Translations under genes and position numbers: made by a program | The notes under the pieces: model-generated | The model's database searches: none | What the model was told of the DNA's origin: nothing | The model's input: only the letters and a program-made list of their open reading frames with translations | Shown: positions 19,820 through 29,609 of the stretch, in pieces | Layout: each line of letters begins with the position of its first letter | Position numbering within the stretch: position 1 is the first letter of the stretch | Assembly: GCA_963706025.1 (NCBI GenBank) | Contig: CAVPLM010000010.1 | Span: 1-64,000, forward strand | Reading direction: 5' to 3' | DNA: 64,000 bases | Source of the DNA: an uncultured Actinomycetes bacterium | Lineage (GTDB): Bacteria > Actinomycetota > Thermoleophilia > RBG-16-64-13

Positions 19820-20503
19820 TCAAGGTCGGCTGACGATCTGCCCGTCGATACCGACGACCACGGTCTCCACCGGGACGTCTGTCTCGGAGAGCTCCACCGC
19901 GCGGTCGACCATGCGTTCGAGGCCGCCGCAGCAGGGCACGGTCATGATCGCCACGGTGATCGACGCGAGGTCGTTCTCACGGATCAACTCGGCCAGTTTC
20001 TCCACGTAGGGGCCGGTGTCGTCCAGCTTGGGGCAGGCGATCACCATCTTTCGCCCTTTGAGCAGATCGTCATGGAAGCTCCCCAGGGCGAAGGCGGTGC
20101 AGTCGGCGGCGATCAGCAGATCGGCGTTCTTGAAGTAGGGCGCCTGCGGCGAAATGAGATGGAGTTGGATAGGCCACTGGGTGAGCTCGGACGGGGCCGG
20201 CGCGGTGGCTCCCTCCCCGGGACCCGGATGGACGGCCGCGGCGGCCTCGGCCCCGCGCGTCCGCAGGACGTGCCGGCGGGCGGCCTCGGCGTCGTATTCG
20301 GGACTCTCCCGTTCGACTATCTTCAGGGCGTCTGTCGGGCAGACGTTGAGACAGACCCCCATGCCGTCGCAGAACATCTCGCGCACGATCACAGCTTTGC
20401 CTTCGTCATCCAGCGCCAGCGCACCCTCCGCGCAGGCCGTGGTGCAAAGCCCGCATCCGTTGCACAGGTCCCGGTCTATCTCAACGATCTTTCGCGTTCC
20501 CAT
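19820..20503 (-). CDS. 4Fe-4S ferredoxin-domain iron-sulfur protein
   Basis: CNGCGLC..AC.EGA, CDG.G.C...CP, WPIQLHL, IAADC, CPKLD, VPCCGG. Confidence 0.88.
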   Translation of the reverse strand: MGTRKIVEIDRDLCNGCGLCTTACAEGALALDDEGKAVIVREMFCDGMGVCLNVCPTDALKIVERESPEYDAEAARRHVLRTRGAEAAAAVHPGPGEGATAPAPSELTQWPIQLHLISPQAPYFKNADLLIAADCTAFALGSFHDDLLKGRKMVIACPKLDDTGPYVEKLAELIRENDLASITVAIMTVPCCGGLERMVDRAVELSETDVPVETVVVGIDGQIVSRP

Positions 20504-20742
20504 GTTCGCTCCCCTTGGTGAATGATCGCGGTTGGCTCCCGCGGTCGTCGAGTCGGCGCACCTCCCTGCGCACAGGTTATCGCCGGAAAGGAGCCTTTTC
20601 GAAACACGGCGATCGGAACCCCGCCCTCCTGCGCGCGGGTCGCGCCGCCGGCCCTGCTATCGCGCCCGGGTCCATCTCGTGGCACAATTCAATCAGGTTC
20701 GCTCGGTGCCTGCCGTACCGACCACGGCTCAAGGAGGCGATA

Positions 20743-21009
20743 GTGCAGCGTTTCACTCTCACGCTGGAATTCCCCGACCTCAAGCCCAGACAGTGGACCA
20801 GGCTGAGGGAGATGGCAGAGCAGACTCTGCGCGAGGAATCCGAAGGGCGATCCGGTCTTGATGACGAGACCGATGGTTGGGACATGGGCTTCTGGCTGTT
20901 CCGGCTGATCCTGGGCTGCCCAGGAGTCATGGATATTCTCAGCGAGGAAAGCCCGGTCAAGGCCTGGTTCGAGTTCGAGGACTCGGTCCATCCCGATCAG
21001 GATGAGTAG
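20743..21009 (+). CDS. Hypothetical protein
   Basis: AAGGAGG RBS then GTG; 88-aa ORF. Confidence 0.6.
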   Translation: MQRFTLTLEFPDLKPRQWTRLREMAEQTLREESEGRSGLDDETDGWDMGFWLFRLILGCPGVMDILSEESPVKAWFEFEDSVHPDQDE

Positions 21010-21154
21010 TCCGGCCGGGTCCCCAAGGGGGCCTCTATCCGGCGGCCAGGCGTGGTCGCCCGCTTCTCATGCATAGGTCGACGAGGGCCATAGCGAGGAC
21101 TTCTTGCGACCGGGTAGCAGGTTCAGGACCGGGAATGGCCGAATAGATTTGACG

Positions 21155-22438
21155 ATGAACGGCGACGACATCAAACCCCGCCCATACCTCAGGCTGCTCC
21201 TGCTTGCTGGCCTCATGGGCCTGCTGAGCGCGGTCATCACCTTCGCGTTCATTTGGATCGTTCACGAAGTCCAGGTGGTGATGTGGGATCGGGTGTTGGG
21301 CACGGAGGGTCCTTGGGCCCCCCTCTTGACGGTGATCATCTGCGTCGTCGGCGGCGTCCTGGTAGGCGTGCTGGTGAGGGTCTTCGGCGATTCCTCCGGT
21401 GTCTTTGCGGAACTGATGGCAGAATTCGGCCGGAGCGGCCGCTTCAACTACCGTCAGGCGCCGGGTGTGGTCATCACGGCCTTCGTCTCGTTGGGAGCCG
21501 GTGGCAGTCTCGGCCCGGAAGCACCGATGGCCGACGCCTGCGGCGGCCTGGGTACGTGGGTGTCCGACCGGCTCAAGATGGACGAGCGGAGCACGCGCTC
21601 GCTGGGATTCTCCGGCCTCAGCGGGATGCTGGGCGCGTTCATCACCTCGCCGTTCGGCGGAGCCGTACTTGCCCTTGAATCCGCGCGTGGAGCTGTCTCC
21701 TACATCTGGGCGCTCTTTCCCAGCCTGATCTCGTCAGCGGTCGCCACCATCGTGTTCGTGCTTCTCTCCGGCTCCTTCTTTGGCAACATCTACGTCTTTC
21801 CGGAATACACGCCCCACCTGAACGACCTGCTACTGGCGGTCCCGCTTAGCTTGGCCGGGGCGGCAGCAGGCGCGATCTTCATCATCGTGTTCGCTCGCCT
21901 GCGCAAGATCATGGAACCCTTGCGGAAGCACGTTATCCTGCGCGGTCTCATAGGCGGTTTGGGCATGGGCATCGCGGGCGCGCTGCTGCCGTTGACCCTC
22001 TTCTCGGGCGAGTACGAGACACTCGAGGTGATCGATACCGCAGCTGAGATCGGCGTGGTCACTCTGATCGTGTTGGCGGTGGTGAAGCTGTTTGTTACCT
22101 CGCTTCTGCTGGCCACGGGGTGGAAGGGCGGCTACATCTTCCCCACGATGTTCGCCGGAGTAGCGCTGGGGATGGCCGTGCACCTGATCTTCCCGAGCAT
22201 CCCGATCGCGGTCGCCGTAGCCGCCACCATGGCCGGCGCCATGGTAGCTACCATGAAGGCACCACTCTTCACCGCCCTGTTTGTCGCGATACTTGTGCAA
22301 CGGGAGGCCTACCCCGTGATCGCAATTGCCGTGATCGTCGGCCTGCTGGCGACGATGAAGCTGTCCATGGTGCCGCGCCCGCAGGCCGGCCAGAGCGAAA
22401 CGAAAGAACAGGAGCAGGTCTACCCGGGGCCGGAGTAG
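21155..22438 (+). CDS. CLC-family chloride channel/transporter-like protein
   Basis: GGSLGPEAP and GWKGGYIFP CLC signature variants, many TM segments. Confidence 0.85.
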   Translation: MNGDDIKPRPYLRLLLLAGLMGLLSAVITFAFIWIVHEVQVVMWDRVLGTEGPWAPLLTVIICVVGGVLVGVLVRVFGDSSGVFAELMAEFGRSGRFNYRQAPGVVITAFVSLGAGGSLGPEAPMADACGGLGTWVSDRLKMDERSTRSLGFSGLSGMLGAFITSPFGGAVLALESARGAVSYIWALFPSLISSAVATIVFVLLSGSFFGNIYVFPEYTPHLNDLLLAVPLSLAGAAAGAIFIIVFARLRKIMEPLRKHVILRGLIGGLGMGIAGALLPLTLFSGEYETLEVIDTAAEIGVVTLIVLAVVKLFVTSLLLATGWKGGYIFPTMFAGVALGMAVHLIFPSIPIAVAVAATMAGAMVATMKAPLFTALFVAILVQREAYPVIAIAVIVGLLATMKLSMVPRPQAGQSETKEQEQVYPGPE

Positions 22439-22503
22439 CGACTCGGCGGGCGCCTTCTGACTGATGGACGGACACCGACAGATCCAAGCGATGGAGAATA
22501 GAC

Positions 22504-23472
22504 ATGACCCTACAAAGAGTGACACGTGACCGCGCGATTTTCTTCGAGCTCGATTCCAAGATACCCCCCGCACTCACGGTCCAGTTAGGCGAATCGTTCG
22601 TCATCGAGAGCAACGATGCGGCGAACGGATGCATCAGCGATCCCCTCGCACAGCTGCCGGATCCAAAGAGGACTCCCCCAGAACTGAATCCTGTCGGGGG
22701 CCCGGTATTCGTCGACGGTGTGCGGCGAGGCGATGTGCTCGTCGTGAATGTCGAGCAGATCGTTGTCGGCGAGCAGGGGTTCACTTGCTGGGGCAGCAAC
22801 GCGGGAGGAGTCCTTGGGCCTGGGATACTCTGGCCTGAACTCGATTCGCCATACACCCATATCTTCAAGCATGTCAGTGGACCCAGCGGTACCTTGGCGG
22901 ATGGCAAAGCCTTACTCAATGGGTTCCAGGAAGACTTCCGGAAGGTTGCCTGGGACTTGGCGCCATTCATCGGCACCCTTGCCACTGCCCCCGACCGAGA
23001 AGTGGCATCCAGCATAGCCGGCCAGGGACCGTTTGGCGGCAATCTCGACTGTCGAGATATCAAGGAAGGTACCAAGGTCTACCTTCCGGCGTTTCATGAC
23101 GGAGGGCTACTTTTCAGCGGCGACGTTCATGCGTCCCAGGGAGACACGGAGTTCTACGGATGGGCCGACGAGTGTTCGGCCGACGTAACGTACAGCTGTG
23201 ATGTGATCCGAGGGAAGACAATTCACAATCCTAGACTGGAAAAGCCGTCATCGTTGGTCTCCGTATGCAGCTGCAAACCGTTGGAGGAAGCCGTGAGGAG
23301 AGCTGTGATCGATCTCATGGATTGGATGATCAGTGACTACGAGATGAGCCCAAAGGAAGCATATATCCACGTGTGCTGCAACCCGGATTTCAGAGTGAAT
23401 GTCTACCAGATGGTTCACATGGGACCTCTCGATTTCACAGTCGGCGCGGAGATACCCAAGAAGTATCTGTGA
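22504..23472 (+). CDS. Acetamidase/formamidase family protein
   Basis: NPVGGP.FV.G...GD.L, PFIGT, GGNLD, YLP....GGLLF.GDVHASQGD.E. Confidence 0.9.
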   Translation: MTLQRVTRDRAIFFELDSKIPPALTVQLGESFVIESNDAANGCISDPLAQLPDPKRTPPELNPVGGPVFVDGVRRGDVLVVNVEQIVVGEQGFTCWGSNAGGVLGPGILWPELDSPYTHIFKHVSGPSGTLADGKALLNGFQEDFRKVAWDLAPFIGTLATAPDREVASSIAGQGPFGGNLDCRDIKEGTKVYLPAFHDGGLLFSGDVHASQGDTEFYGWADECSADVTYSCDVIRGKTIHNPRLEKPSSLVSVCSCKPLEEAVRRAVIDLMDWMISDYEMSPKEAYIHVCCNPDFRVNVYQMVHMGPLDFTVGAEIPKKYL

Positions 23473-23483
23473 ACGTGCTGATC

Positions 23484-23510
23484 GGGGGATTCGAACCGCC
23501 GGCGCCGCTT
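23484..23510 (-). repeat. Degenerate tRNA-Ser T-arm/variable-arm fragment (att-like copy G)
   Basis: gggggattcgaaccgccggcgccgctt = 24/27 match to the repeat at 30268-30294. Confidence 0.65.
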
Positions 23511-24615
23511 AGCTGGACTGGTCCTCGTGAAGTATGCGCAGGCCCTCCTGGCGAAAGGTAATCCGAACCATGTTGCCTTGCCGCAGATCGAGTGATTGGT
23601 AGTAGTAGGTCGCTCCCCTTGCCTCCAATTCGTAGCCATTATCTAGTACCAGCCGAATGACCCGTATGCGATGCCCGTCATCGACGTTCACCACTGTTGC
23701 GTTCAGTTGGTTAGCCGCCAGGCTGCCCAACACAGGCCGGTCTGGGTAGAGCAACTTGATGTCTTCGGGAGCGATATAGACAGGAACGCTGTCGCCTGCG
23801 GCACAGGGTTGAGCGGGCGCGTGCAGCATGAGGCCGTTCCAATCGAGGAGGATTCCTCCGGCGGCCGCGTTTACCACACGTGCGTAGAAGATATTGCGCA
23901 CGCCCAGCACCCTGGCCGCATTCATGCTTGAGGGTCGGCGAAAGACATCAGCCACCGAGCCGACCTGCTGGAGTCCGCCGTCTTGCAGCAGTGCCACTCG
24001 ATCTCCCAGAGCAAACGCGTCCTCTGCATTGTGGGTGACACATAGAACGATGAGGCGTCGCTCAATCTGAAGCGTGCGCAAGTCCGATCTCAATCTCTCC
24101 CTGAGTCCGGTGTCAAGCGCGGAGAAAGGTTCGTCCAACAATAGAACTTCAGGATCCCGGGCAAGCGCCCGGGCGATTGCTACTCTCTGCTTTTGGCCGC
24201 CGGAAAGTTGCCGGGGATACCGGTCGGCCAACTGATCCAAACCCATCTGACTGATCAGCGCGAATGCTTTTTCGCGTGCCGCCGAATCGCGGCCGAGGGC
24301 ATAGCGGATATTCCCGAGGACGGTGAGATGGGGAAACAGCGCATATCCTTGGGACACGTAGCCGATGCCGCGCTTCTGGGGAGGCATATTCGTGTGCGGT
24401 CTTCCGTCTCCTCGCCGGAAGAGTACGCGCTCGTCCAAGACGACCTCCCCGCGGTCTGGCGTAACCAGGCCGGCGATTGACTGCAGAGTCATAGACTTGC
24501 CGGACCCAGACGGACCGAAAAGAACAAGTACCTCTTCGCCCATTTCGAAGCGCAGATCCAGGGTGAATGGGGGGAGTTCCCGGTGAATGCTGACCCGGAG
24601 ACAGCGCTCGCTCAT
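23509..24615 (-). CDS. modC: Molybdate ABC transporter ATP-binding protein with TOBE-like C-terminus
   Basis: GPSGSGKS, LSGGQKQR, LLLDEPFSALD; adjacent to modAB. Confidence 0.88.
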   Translation of the reverse strand: MSERCLRVSIHRELPPFTLDLRFEMGEEVLVLFGPSGSGKSMTLQSIAGLVTPDRGEVVLDERVLFRRGDGRPHTNMPPQKRGIGYVSQGYALFPHLTVLGNIRYALGRDSAAREKAFALISQMGLDQLADRYPRQLSGGQKQRVAIARALARDPEVLLLDEPFSALDTGLRERLRSDLRTLQIERRLIVLCVTHNAEDAFALGDRVALLQDGGLQQVGSVADVFRRPSSMNAARVLGVRNIFYARVVNAAAGGILLDWNGLMLHAPAQPCAAGDSVPVYIAPEDIKLLYPDRPVLGSLAANQLNATVVNVDDGHRIRVIRLVLDNGYELEARGATYYYQSLDLRQGNMVRITFRQEGLRILHEDQSS

Positions 24616-24755
24616 TTGCTCATGCCGGCATCAAGGGGGCCGACGATCACGACTTTGGTCAAGGTGCATCCAGTGAGATTGCGCGACACGTAATTCCTCG
24701 TGCCGCTATGGTCCAGGTTCTGATGCCATCGACGTTCCCTCTCGCCTTCGCGCAG

Positions 24756-24885
24756 GGTTATCCGCCGAGCAGTATAACGGGCAAAGAGACCTGAGAACAC
24801 CCAGACTTCGTACGGCCACACGTGCCACTGTCTTGGAGCACTTGCAGTCGTGCCGGGTCACCGTTATACTTCGCGAAGTATACCC
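24756..24885. promoter_or_regulatory. Two oppositely oriented ModE-like boxes in the modC/modA divergent region
   Basis: CGTTATAC-N8-GTATACCC (24862-24885, contains perfect 18-bp palindrome 24865-24882) and minus-strand CGTTATAC-N8-GGATAACC (24756-24779). Confidence 0.6.
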
Positions 24886-24907
24886 CTCGTCCTTGAAGGA
24901 GTCGTCC

Positions 24908-25813
24908 ATGCATCACAGGTTTCACCGAAGCCCCCTGGCAGCGATTGCGCTCGCGGTTCTGCTCGTTCTCCTCTTCGCGGGCCTCGCAGCCTGCGGCTCA
25001 GAATCGACCACGACCACAACGGCGGCGCCGACCACGACAGCGGTCGTATCCTCGGAAACCACCGCTCCCCCGACCACCGAGGCAAGCACCACTTCCTCTA
25101 CGGCTGCGGCGGTGCAGGAATTGACGGTGTCTGCCGCGTCGAGCCTCAAGGGCGCCTTCACCGAGATAGGCAAGGCGTTCGACCAGGCGAACAACTCGAA
25201 GACCACCTTCAACTTCGACGCTTCGGGCACCTTGCAGAAGCAGATCGAGGCCGGCGCCCCGGTGGATGACTTCGCCTCGGCGGCCATGAAGCAAATGACC
25301 GCCTTGCTCGATCAGAAGCTCGTTGACGAAGCCTCGGTCAAGGTCTTCGCGAGCAACGAGATCGTGCTTGTCGTGCCGGCGGACTCCAAGCTGGGGATCA
25401 CCAGCTTCCAGGATCTGGCCCAAGCCGATGTGAAGAAGATCAGCTACGGCGATCCGAAAGTCGCTCCCCACGGGGTGGCCGCGGAGGAGATCCTGAACAA
25501 GCTCGGCTTGTTCGATCAGGTCAAGCCCAAGGTCATATATGCTGCCAATGTCTCAGCGGCTCTTGCGTACGTGTCCAACGGGGAAGTCGACGCGGGCATC
25601 ATCTTCGCCACCGAGGCCGTGGCCGGAGGCGACAAAGTGAAGATCGTGGCCACCTCCGACCCAAGCTGGCACGGTAAGATCGCCTATCCCATAGGCGTGG
25701 TGTCGGCCAGCAAGAATAAGACTCCGGCTCAGGCGTTCGTTGACTTCGTCGTGGGCTCCGAAGGCCAGAAGATCCTGCAGAGCTACGGGTTCTTAGCCGC
25801 CCCAGCCCAGTAG
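24908..25813 (+). CDS. modA: Molybdate ABC transporter substrate-binding lipoprotein
   Basis: Lipobox LAAC, Thr-rich linker, SAASSL..AF, ASGTL.KQIE.GAP.D, YV..GEVDAG; GAAGGAG RBS. Confidence 0.92.
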   Translation: MHHRFHRSPLAAIALAVLLVLLFAGLAACGSESTTTTTAAPTTTAVVSSETTAPPTTEASTTSSTAAAVQELTVSAASSLKGAFTEIGKAFDQANNSKTTFNFDASGTLQKQIEAGAPVDDFASAAMKQMTALLDQKLVDEASVKVFASNEIVLVVPADSKLGITSFQDLAQADVKKISYGDPKVAPHGVAAEEILNKLGLFDQVKPKVIYAANVSAALAYVSNGEVDAGIIFATEAVAGGDKVKIVATSDPSWHGKIAYPIGVVSASKNKTPAQAFVDFVVGSEGQKILQSYGFLAAPAQ

Positions 25814-25908
25814 AGGCGATCGGCCCACGCGAGGAGCAGAAGAGAGAGCACCGACATGAGGGGCCGCTCTCTCCTGCTTCTTTCGCCGGTCCTGAAAGGC
25901 AGGTTATC

Positions 25909-26580
25909 GTGAGCATGCTTTTCCCGTTGCGTCTGTCACTGCAGGTCGCGGCCTGCGCCACCGTGATCACGCTGATCGTGGGCATCCCCCTCGCTTACGT
26001 GCTGGCCCGCAAGCGCTTCAGGGGAAAGGACGTGCTTACCCTGATCCTGACCCTGCCCATGGTGCTCCCGCCGACGGTGACCGGCTACTTTCTCTTGCTT
26101 CTAATAGGAAATAACGGTCTCCTCGGTAAGGCATTCTTCTCCGTCACCGGGCACGAGCTTGGAATTGTCTTCACCTGGTATGCGGCAGTGATCGCCTCGT
26201 TCGTGGTGTCTTTCCCTCTCATGTTGATCACCGCCCGCGCCTCGATGAAGGACGTTGACCAGGAGCTCATCAACGCCTCGTACATGTTGGGCCGGTCCGA
26301 GATCGATACGGTGCTGCGGGTGGTCATCCCTCTATCCGGCAGAGGAATCATTGCCGGTGCCACTCTGGCTTTTGCCCGGGCCATGGGTGAATTCGGGGCG
26401 ACGATAATGGTGGCAGGGAACTGGCCCGGCAAGACCAACACTATGCCGATTACCATCTATACGGAAACGCTGTACGGATCGTGGCGGAACGCTCTGTGGA
26501 TGGTGCTCCTGTTCGTCGCCGTCGCGGCCGTCGTGATGTACGTCTCCAATCGGATGGGGGAGAAAGCGGTGAAAGCGTGA
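25909..26580 (+). CDS. modB: Molybdate ABC transporter permease
   Basis: LPMVLPPTVTG, FARAMGEFGAT...AGN.PGKT.T. Confidence 0.93.
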   Translation: MSMLFPLRLSLQVAACATVITLIVGIPLAYVLARKRFRGKDVLTLILTLPMVLPPTVTGYFLLLLIGNNGLLGKAFFSVTGHELGIVFTWYAAVIASFVVSFPLMLITARASMKDVDQELINASYMLGRSEIDTVLRVVIPLSGRGIIAGATLAFARAMGEFGATIMVAGNWPGKTNTMPITIYTETLYGSWRNALWMVLLFVAVAAVVMYVSNRMGEKAVKA

Positions 26581-27455
26581 GTTCTTGCCCAGTGCCCACC
26601 CCCGTCGCATACCGTCTGCCGGACGAGGAGATTGACCGGTTTCTTCGGGAAGACTGTCCCTACGGTGATCTCACTACGACTCTCCTTCAGATCGGGATGA
26701 GATCAGGCCGCATGGTCTTCGCCACTCGTCATGAGACCGTGCTGTGCTGCACCGAAGAAGCGGCGCGGCTCCTCGAAAGACTGGGGTGCACCGTGACAGC
26801 CGCAGAACCGAGCGGCACCTGGTTGGCCGAAGGCCAACCATTCCTGGAGGCGAGCGGGCAGGCCGGCTCCCTTCACATGGGGTGGAAAGCCGCGTTGAAC
26901 CTGCTGGAGTCCGCCTCGGGGATAGCGACGCGTACCCACGTGCTGGTCCGGACGGCACGAGCCTCGAACCCGGCCATCGAGGTGGTGGCCACCCGTAAGA
27001 TCTTCCCCGGCACCAAGGCCGTCGCGACCAAGGCGGTATATGCCGGAGGCGGGCTGCCGCACCGGCTGGGTCTTTCTGAGACCGTGCTCGTTTTCGCACA
27101 GCACGTGGCTTTTCTTGGAGGGCCCGAGGACCTGTGGCTTCGTCTGCCGGCAATCAAAGATCGGGCGAGAGAGAAGAAGGTTGCAGTAGAGGTCACCGAT
27201 CAGACTAACGCGTTGGCTGCCGCTCTCGCCGGAGCCGACATGGTCCAAGTAGACAAGATGGGGCCCGAGGATCTGCGCACACTCGTCCAGGCTCTCCGAG
27301 GCGTGGCGCCGAGAGTGGTCGTCGCCGCCGCAGGTGGCATCACCGAGGAGAATGCGAGCGCGTACGCTGCGACCGGAGTTGATCTGCTGGTCACCTCCGC
27401 TATGTATTGGGGAAAGCCTGCGGATATTGCAGTCAGCATGGAGGTGACAGACTAA
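26577..27455 (+). CDS. modD: ModD protein (NadC/QPRTase-like)
   Basis: ED.PYGDLTT, WK...NLLE..SGIATRT, TRK.FPGTK, HRLGLSET, AAGGI, PADI.V. Confidence 0.88.
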   Translation: MSSCPVPTPVAYRLPDEEIDRFLREDCPYGDLTTTLLQIGMRSGRMVFATRHETVLCCTEEAARLLERLGCTVTAAEPSGTWLAEGQPFLEASGQAGSLHMGWKAALNLLESASGIATRTHVLVRTARASNPAIEVVATRKIFPGTKAVATKAVYAGGGLPHRLGLSETVLVFAQHVAFLGGPEDLWLRLPAIKDRAREKKVAVEVTDQTNALAAALAGADMVQVDKMGPEDLRTLVQALRGVAPRVVVAAAGGITEENASAYAATGVDLLVTSAMYWGKPADIAVSMEVTD

Positions 27456-27601
27456 GCGTCCTCACCTATCGCTTGGTTTCCTTCCTGCATTCTGCCGTCG
27501 TCCAGACCGAATTCCCCACTGCGGACCCTCCCCATAGGTGAGTCATCGCGGCGGCTGTCATGTGCCGAGTACGCGCCATCTCCTGACGAGGGAGGTCGAT
27601 A

Positions 27602-27946
27602 TTGAAGTTGGAATGTGAGATCTGGCTGACCGAGACTAGGCGAGCCTTTGACCCCGCATGTGTGCGGATCCTCCAAGCCGTCGAGCGAACAGGATCGCTG
27701 CACAAGGCCGCAGCCGAGCTGCGCATTTCGAACAGCTCGGCCTGGCTGATCATCAACGCCGCCGATCAAGAACTCGGCTTTCCCCTCCTGGAACGCAGAG
27801 TCGGCGGAAAGCGGGGTGGTGGCTCCTCGCTGACACCAGAAGGGCGGAAGCTTCTCAGGCGATACTCAGCCGCACAAGTCGAGGTGCAAGCGCTCTTGGC
27901 GGACCTATTCAATCGGCACTTCCCGGAGTGGCGAAAGCTGGGCTGA
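27602..27946 (+). CDS. ModE N-terminal winged-helix regulator
   Basis: L.AVE.TGSL.KAA..L.IS...AW..I, GG..GGGS.LT.EG. Confidence 0.85.
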   Translation: MKLECEIWLTETRRAFDPACVRILQAVERTGSLHKAAAELRISNSSAWLIINAADQELGFPLLERRVGGKRGGGSSLTPEGRKLLRRYSAAQVEVQALLADLFNRHFPEWRKLG

Positions 27947-28113
27947 CCAACGAATAGCGTCATCCGAGCGCAAGCAGACTGACCGAGTATGGAGCCTTGG
28001 TCCTGCAACGGGAAGCCGATAGGACCGAACGCCTTGCGCGAAGCCTTCAGGCACTTCCCGGAGTGGCGAAAGCTGGGCTGACCAACGAATAGCGTCATCC
28101 GAGCGCAAGCAGA
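27915..28113 (+). repeat. 64-bp perfect direct duplication (27915-27978 and 28050-28113)
   Basis: ggcacttcccggagtggcgaaag...cgagcgcaagcaga present twice, 71 bp apart. Confidence 0.92.
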
Positions 28114-28300
28114 TCCGTGGCATGATCTTCGGCATGGGCAATGCTCGCATCTGCTGCATCTGAATCGGCCCCTCAAGCTGGTCAGTGAACGTTTCGGGCA
28201 CAGTAGTGCTGCAGTCACCGCCGACCTGTACGGCCACATACTGGAAGGTCAAGAGCGCAGCTGTGAACCTGCTGGACGAGGCAATGGGGAAGGCGCAAGA
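27995..28300 (+). pseudogene. Tyrosine recombinase (integrase) C-terminal remnant
   Basis: CNGKPIGPNALREAF, then from 28121 HDLRHGQCSHLLHLNRPLKLVSERFGHSSAAVTADLYGH (H-x-L-R, GH, catalytic Y at 28229), then frameshift to AAVNLLDE; no N-terminus. Confidence 0.85.
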
Positions 28301-28459
28301 GTCCACTGGGGTGTCATCCCAAGCGGCTGTCGCGTCGGGTCGGTCGCGTCGCGTCAGTGTCGCGTCAGAGAATGGCGACAGAATCACCACAAAGCATCCG
28401 AACAGCGCTTCCTTGCGAGTAGTGTCGAAGGATTTCGCTCAAGAACTCCCTGCACAAGG

Positions 28460-28501
28460 CGGAGGGGTCGGGATTCGAACCCCCGGTACCGCTTGCGCGG
28501 C
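28460..28501 (-). repeat. tRNA-Ser 3' fragment (att-like copy F, TGA/CGA hybrid)
   Basis: Shares the 32-bp core gggattcgaacccccggtaccgcttgcgcggc with copies at 30261, 35446, 35750; acceptor side resembles tRNA-Ser(TGA). Confidence 0.88.
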
Positions 28502-28577
28502 CCGGCATGAAGAGAGCGGAGGCCCCGAAGGACCTCTGCCAAGGTAGGCCGGCAAGCGGTCGAACCGCGCGTCCTGC

Positions 28578-29222
28578 TCAGCCGCCGGAGGGTAGGCTCA
28601 CCCACACCGCCCCGTCCCATTCGCCACCCAACTGGTCCCCACCCACGCCGACCAGCCCTGCTTTCCAGGTCGCCACAGAGTTGACCTACTGGTCGTCGGG
28701 TCCGCCGAACACGGCCTCGTCATGAGGAACGCGGGTCCAGGTATACCCATCGGCCGATACCCACACGGCCGCATCTGAATCCACCCAGCCCACGGCAGGC
28801 GAGCCCTTCGGGTCGTCCTGGCCCACGGCAACCAGGTCGGGCCCGCCCACGGTCACCGAGTTAATCAGCTGTATGCCGGTCCCGCCGAGGACACCCTCCT
28901 CGTCGGGTACGCGCTCCCACGTGTAGCCGTCGGTTGACACCCACACCGCCGCATCAGCCTCGCCACCGAATTCGCTCCCGCCCACGACGACCAGTCCCGG
29001 CCCGCCCATCGCCACGGATTTAACCACCTGCATGCCCGCTCCACCGAGAGCGCCCTCCTCGTCGGGAACCCGGGCCCATGCCAGCTCCGGACCCGGAACT
29101 GCCACAGTGACGGCCTGGGTGGTGGTCGTCGTGTCCTCACCTGTGCAGGCGGCCAGAACCAGCACCACAGCGAGCAGGGCAAGGATCAGCGCCGCAATTA
29201 GGGCACTTCCCTTGGGCTTCAC
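28578..29222 (-). pseudogene. Repeat-containing lipoprotein with in-frame TAG at 28686-28688
   Basis: Lipobox LAAC, poly-Thr, three W.RVP.E...GG...Q...SV...GLV.VG...DAAVWVS repeats; third repeat continues in frame past the TAG. Confidence 0.7.
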
Positions 29223-29459
29223 CGGACCGCCACCTCCTTCTCGGGCAGGCTAACGAAAAGAGGAGCCAGGCGCGCGTGTGAACTCGCGTAAGGCCCCTCT
29301 CCGGCGGCCCATCCGAGCTATAGATGAGGGGAGCTACTTACTCCCCGCACAGGTTCAGTATTGGCCGGCTTGGCTGCGCGTCAATCGAACTGATGCCACC
29401 GGTCCAAAGACGCCGGGCAGGCCATTCTGGCGCGGGATGCTTCTCCGTCCGTCTCGTTC

Positions 29460-29545
29460 CCTTCGCTGCTGCCTTCGCTGCTGCCGCGTTTGCCCCCGAC
29501 TTGCCCCCGAACTCGCCCGAAAGACCGTAAAACCCGGCGTCCTTG
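29460..29545. repeat. Arm-type repeat block (copy E) without a tRNA fragment
   Basis: ccttcgctgctg x2, then ttgcccccga x2 (11-bp period) and actcgcccgaaaga, matching flanks at 30169, 35354 and 35658. Confidence 0.8.
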
Positions 29546-29609
29546 GGCCGAGCTTCGCCGAAGCGGTCAGGAAGTGACGTGCGCCGCCACCCTGTGCGGT
29601 GGCCGAGGG

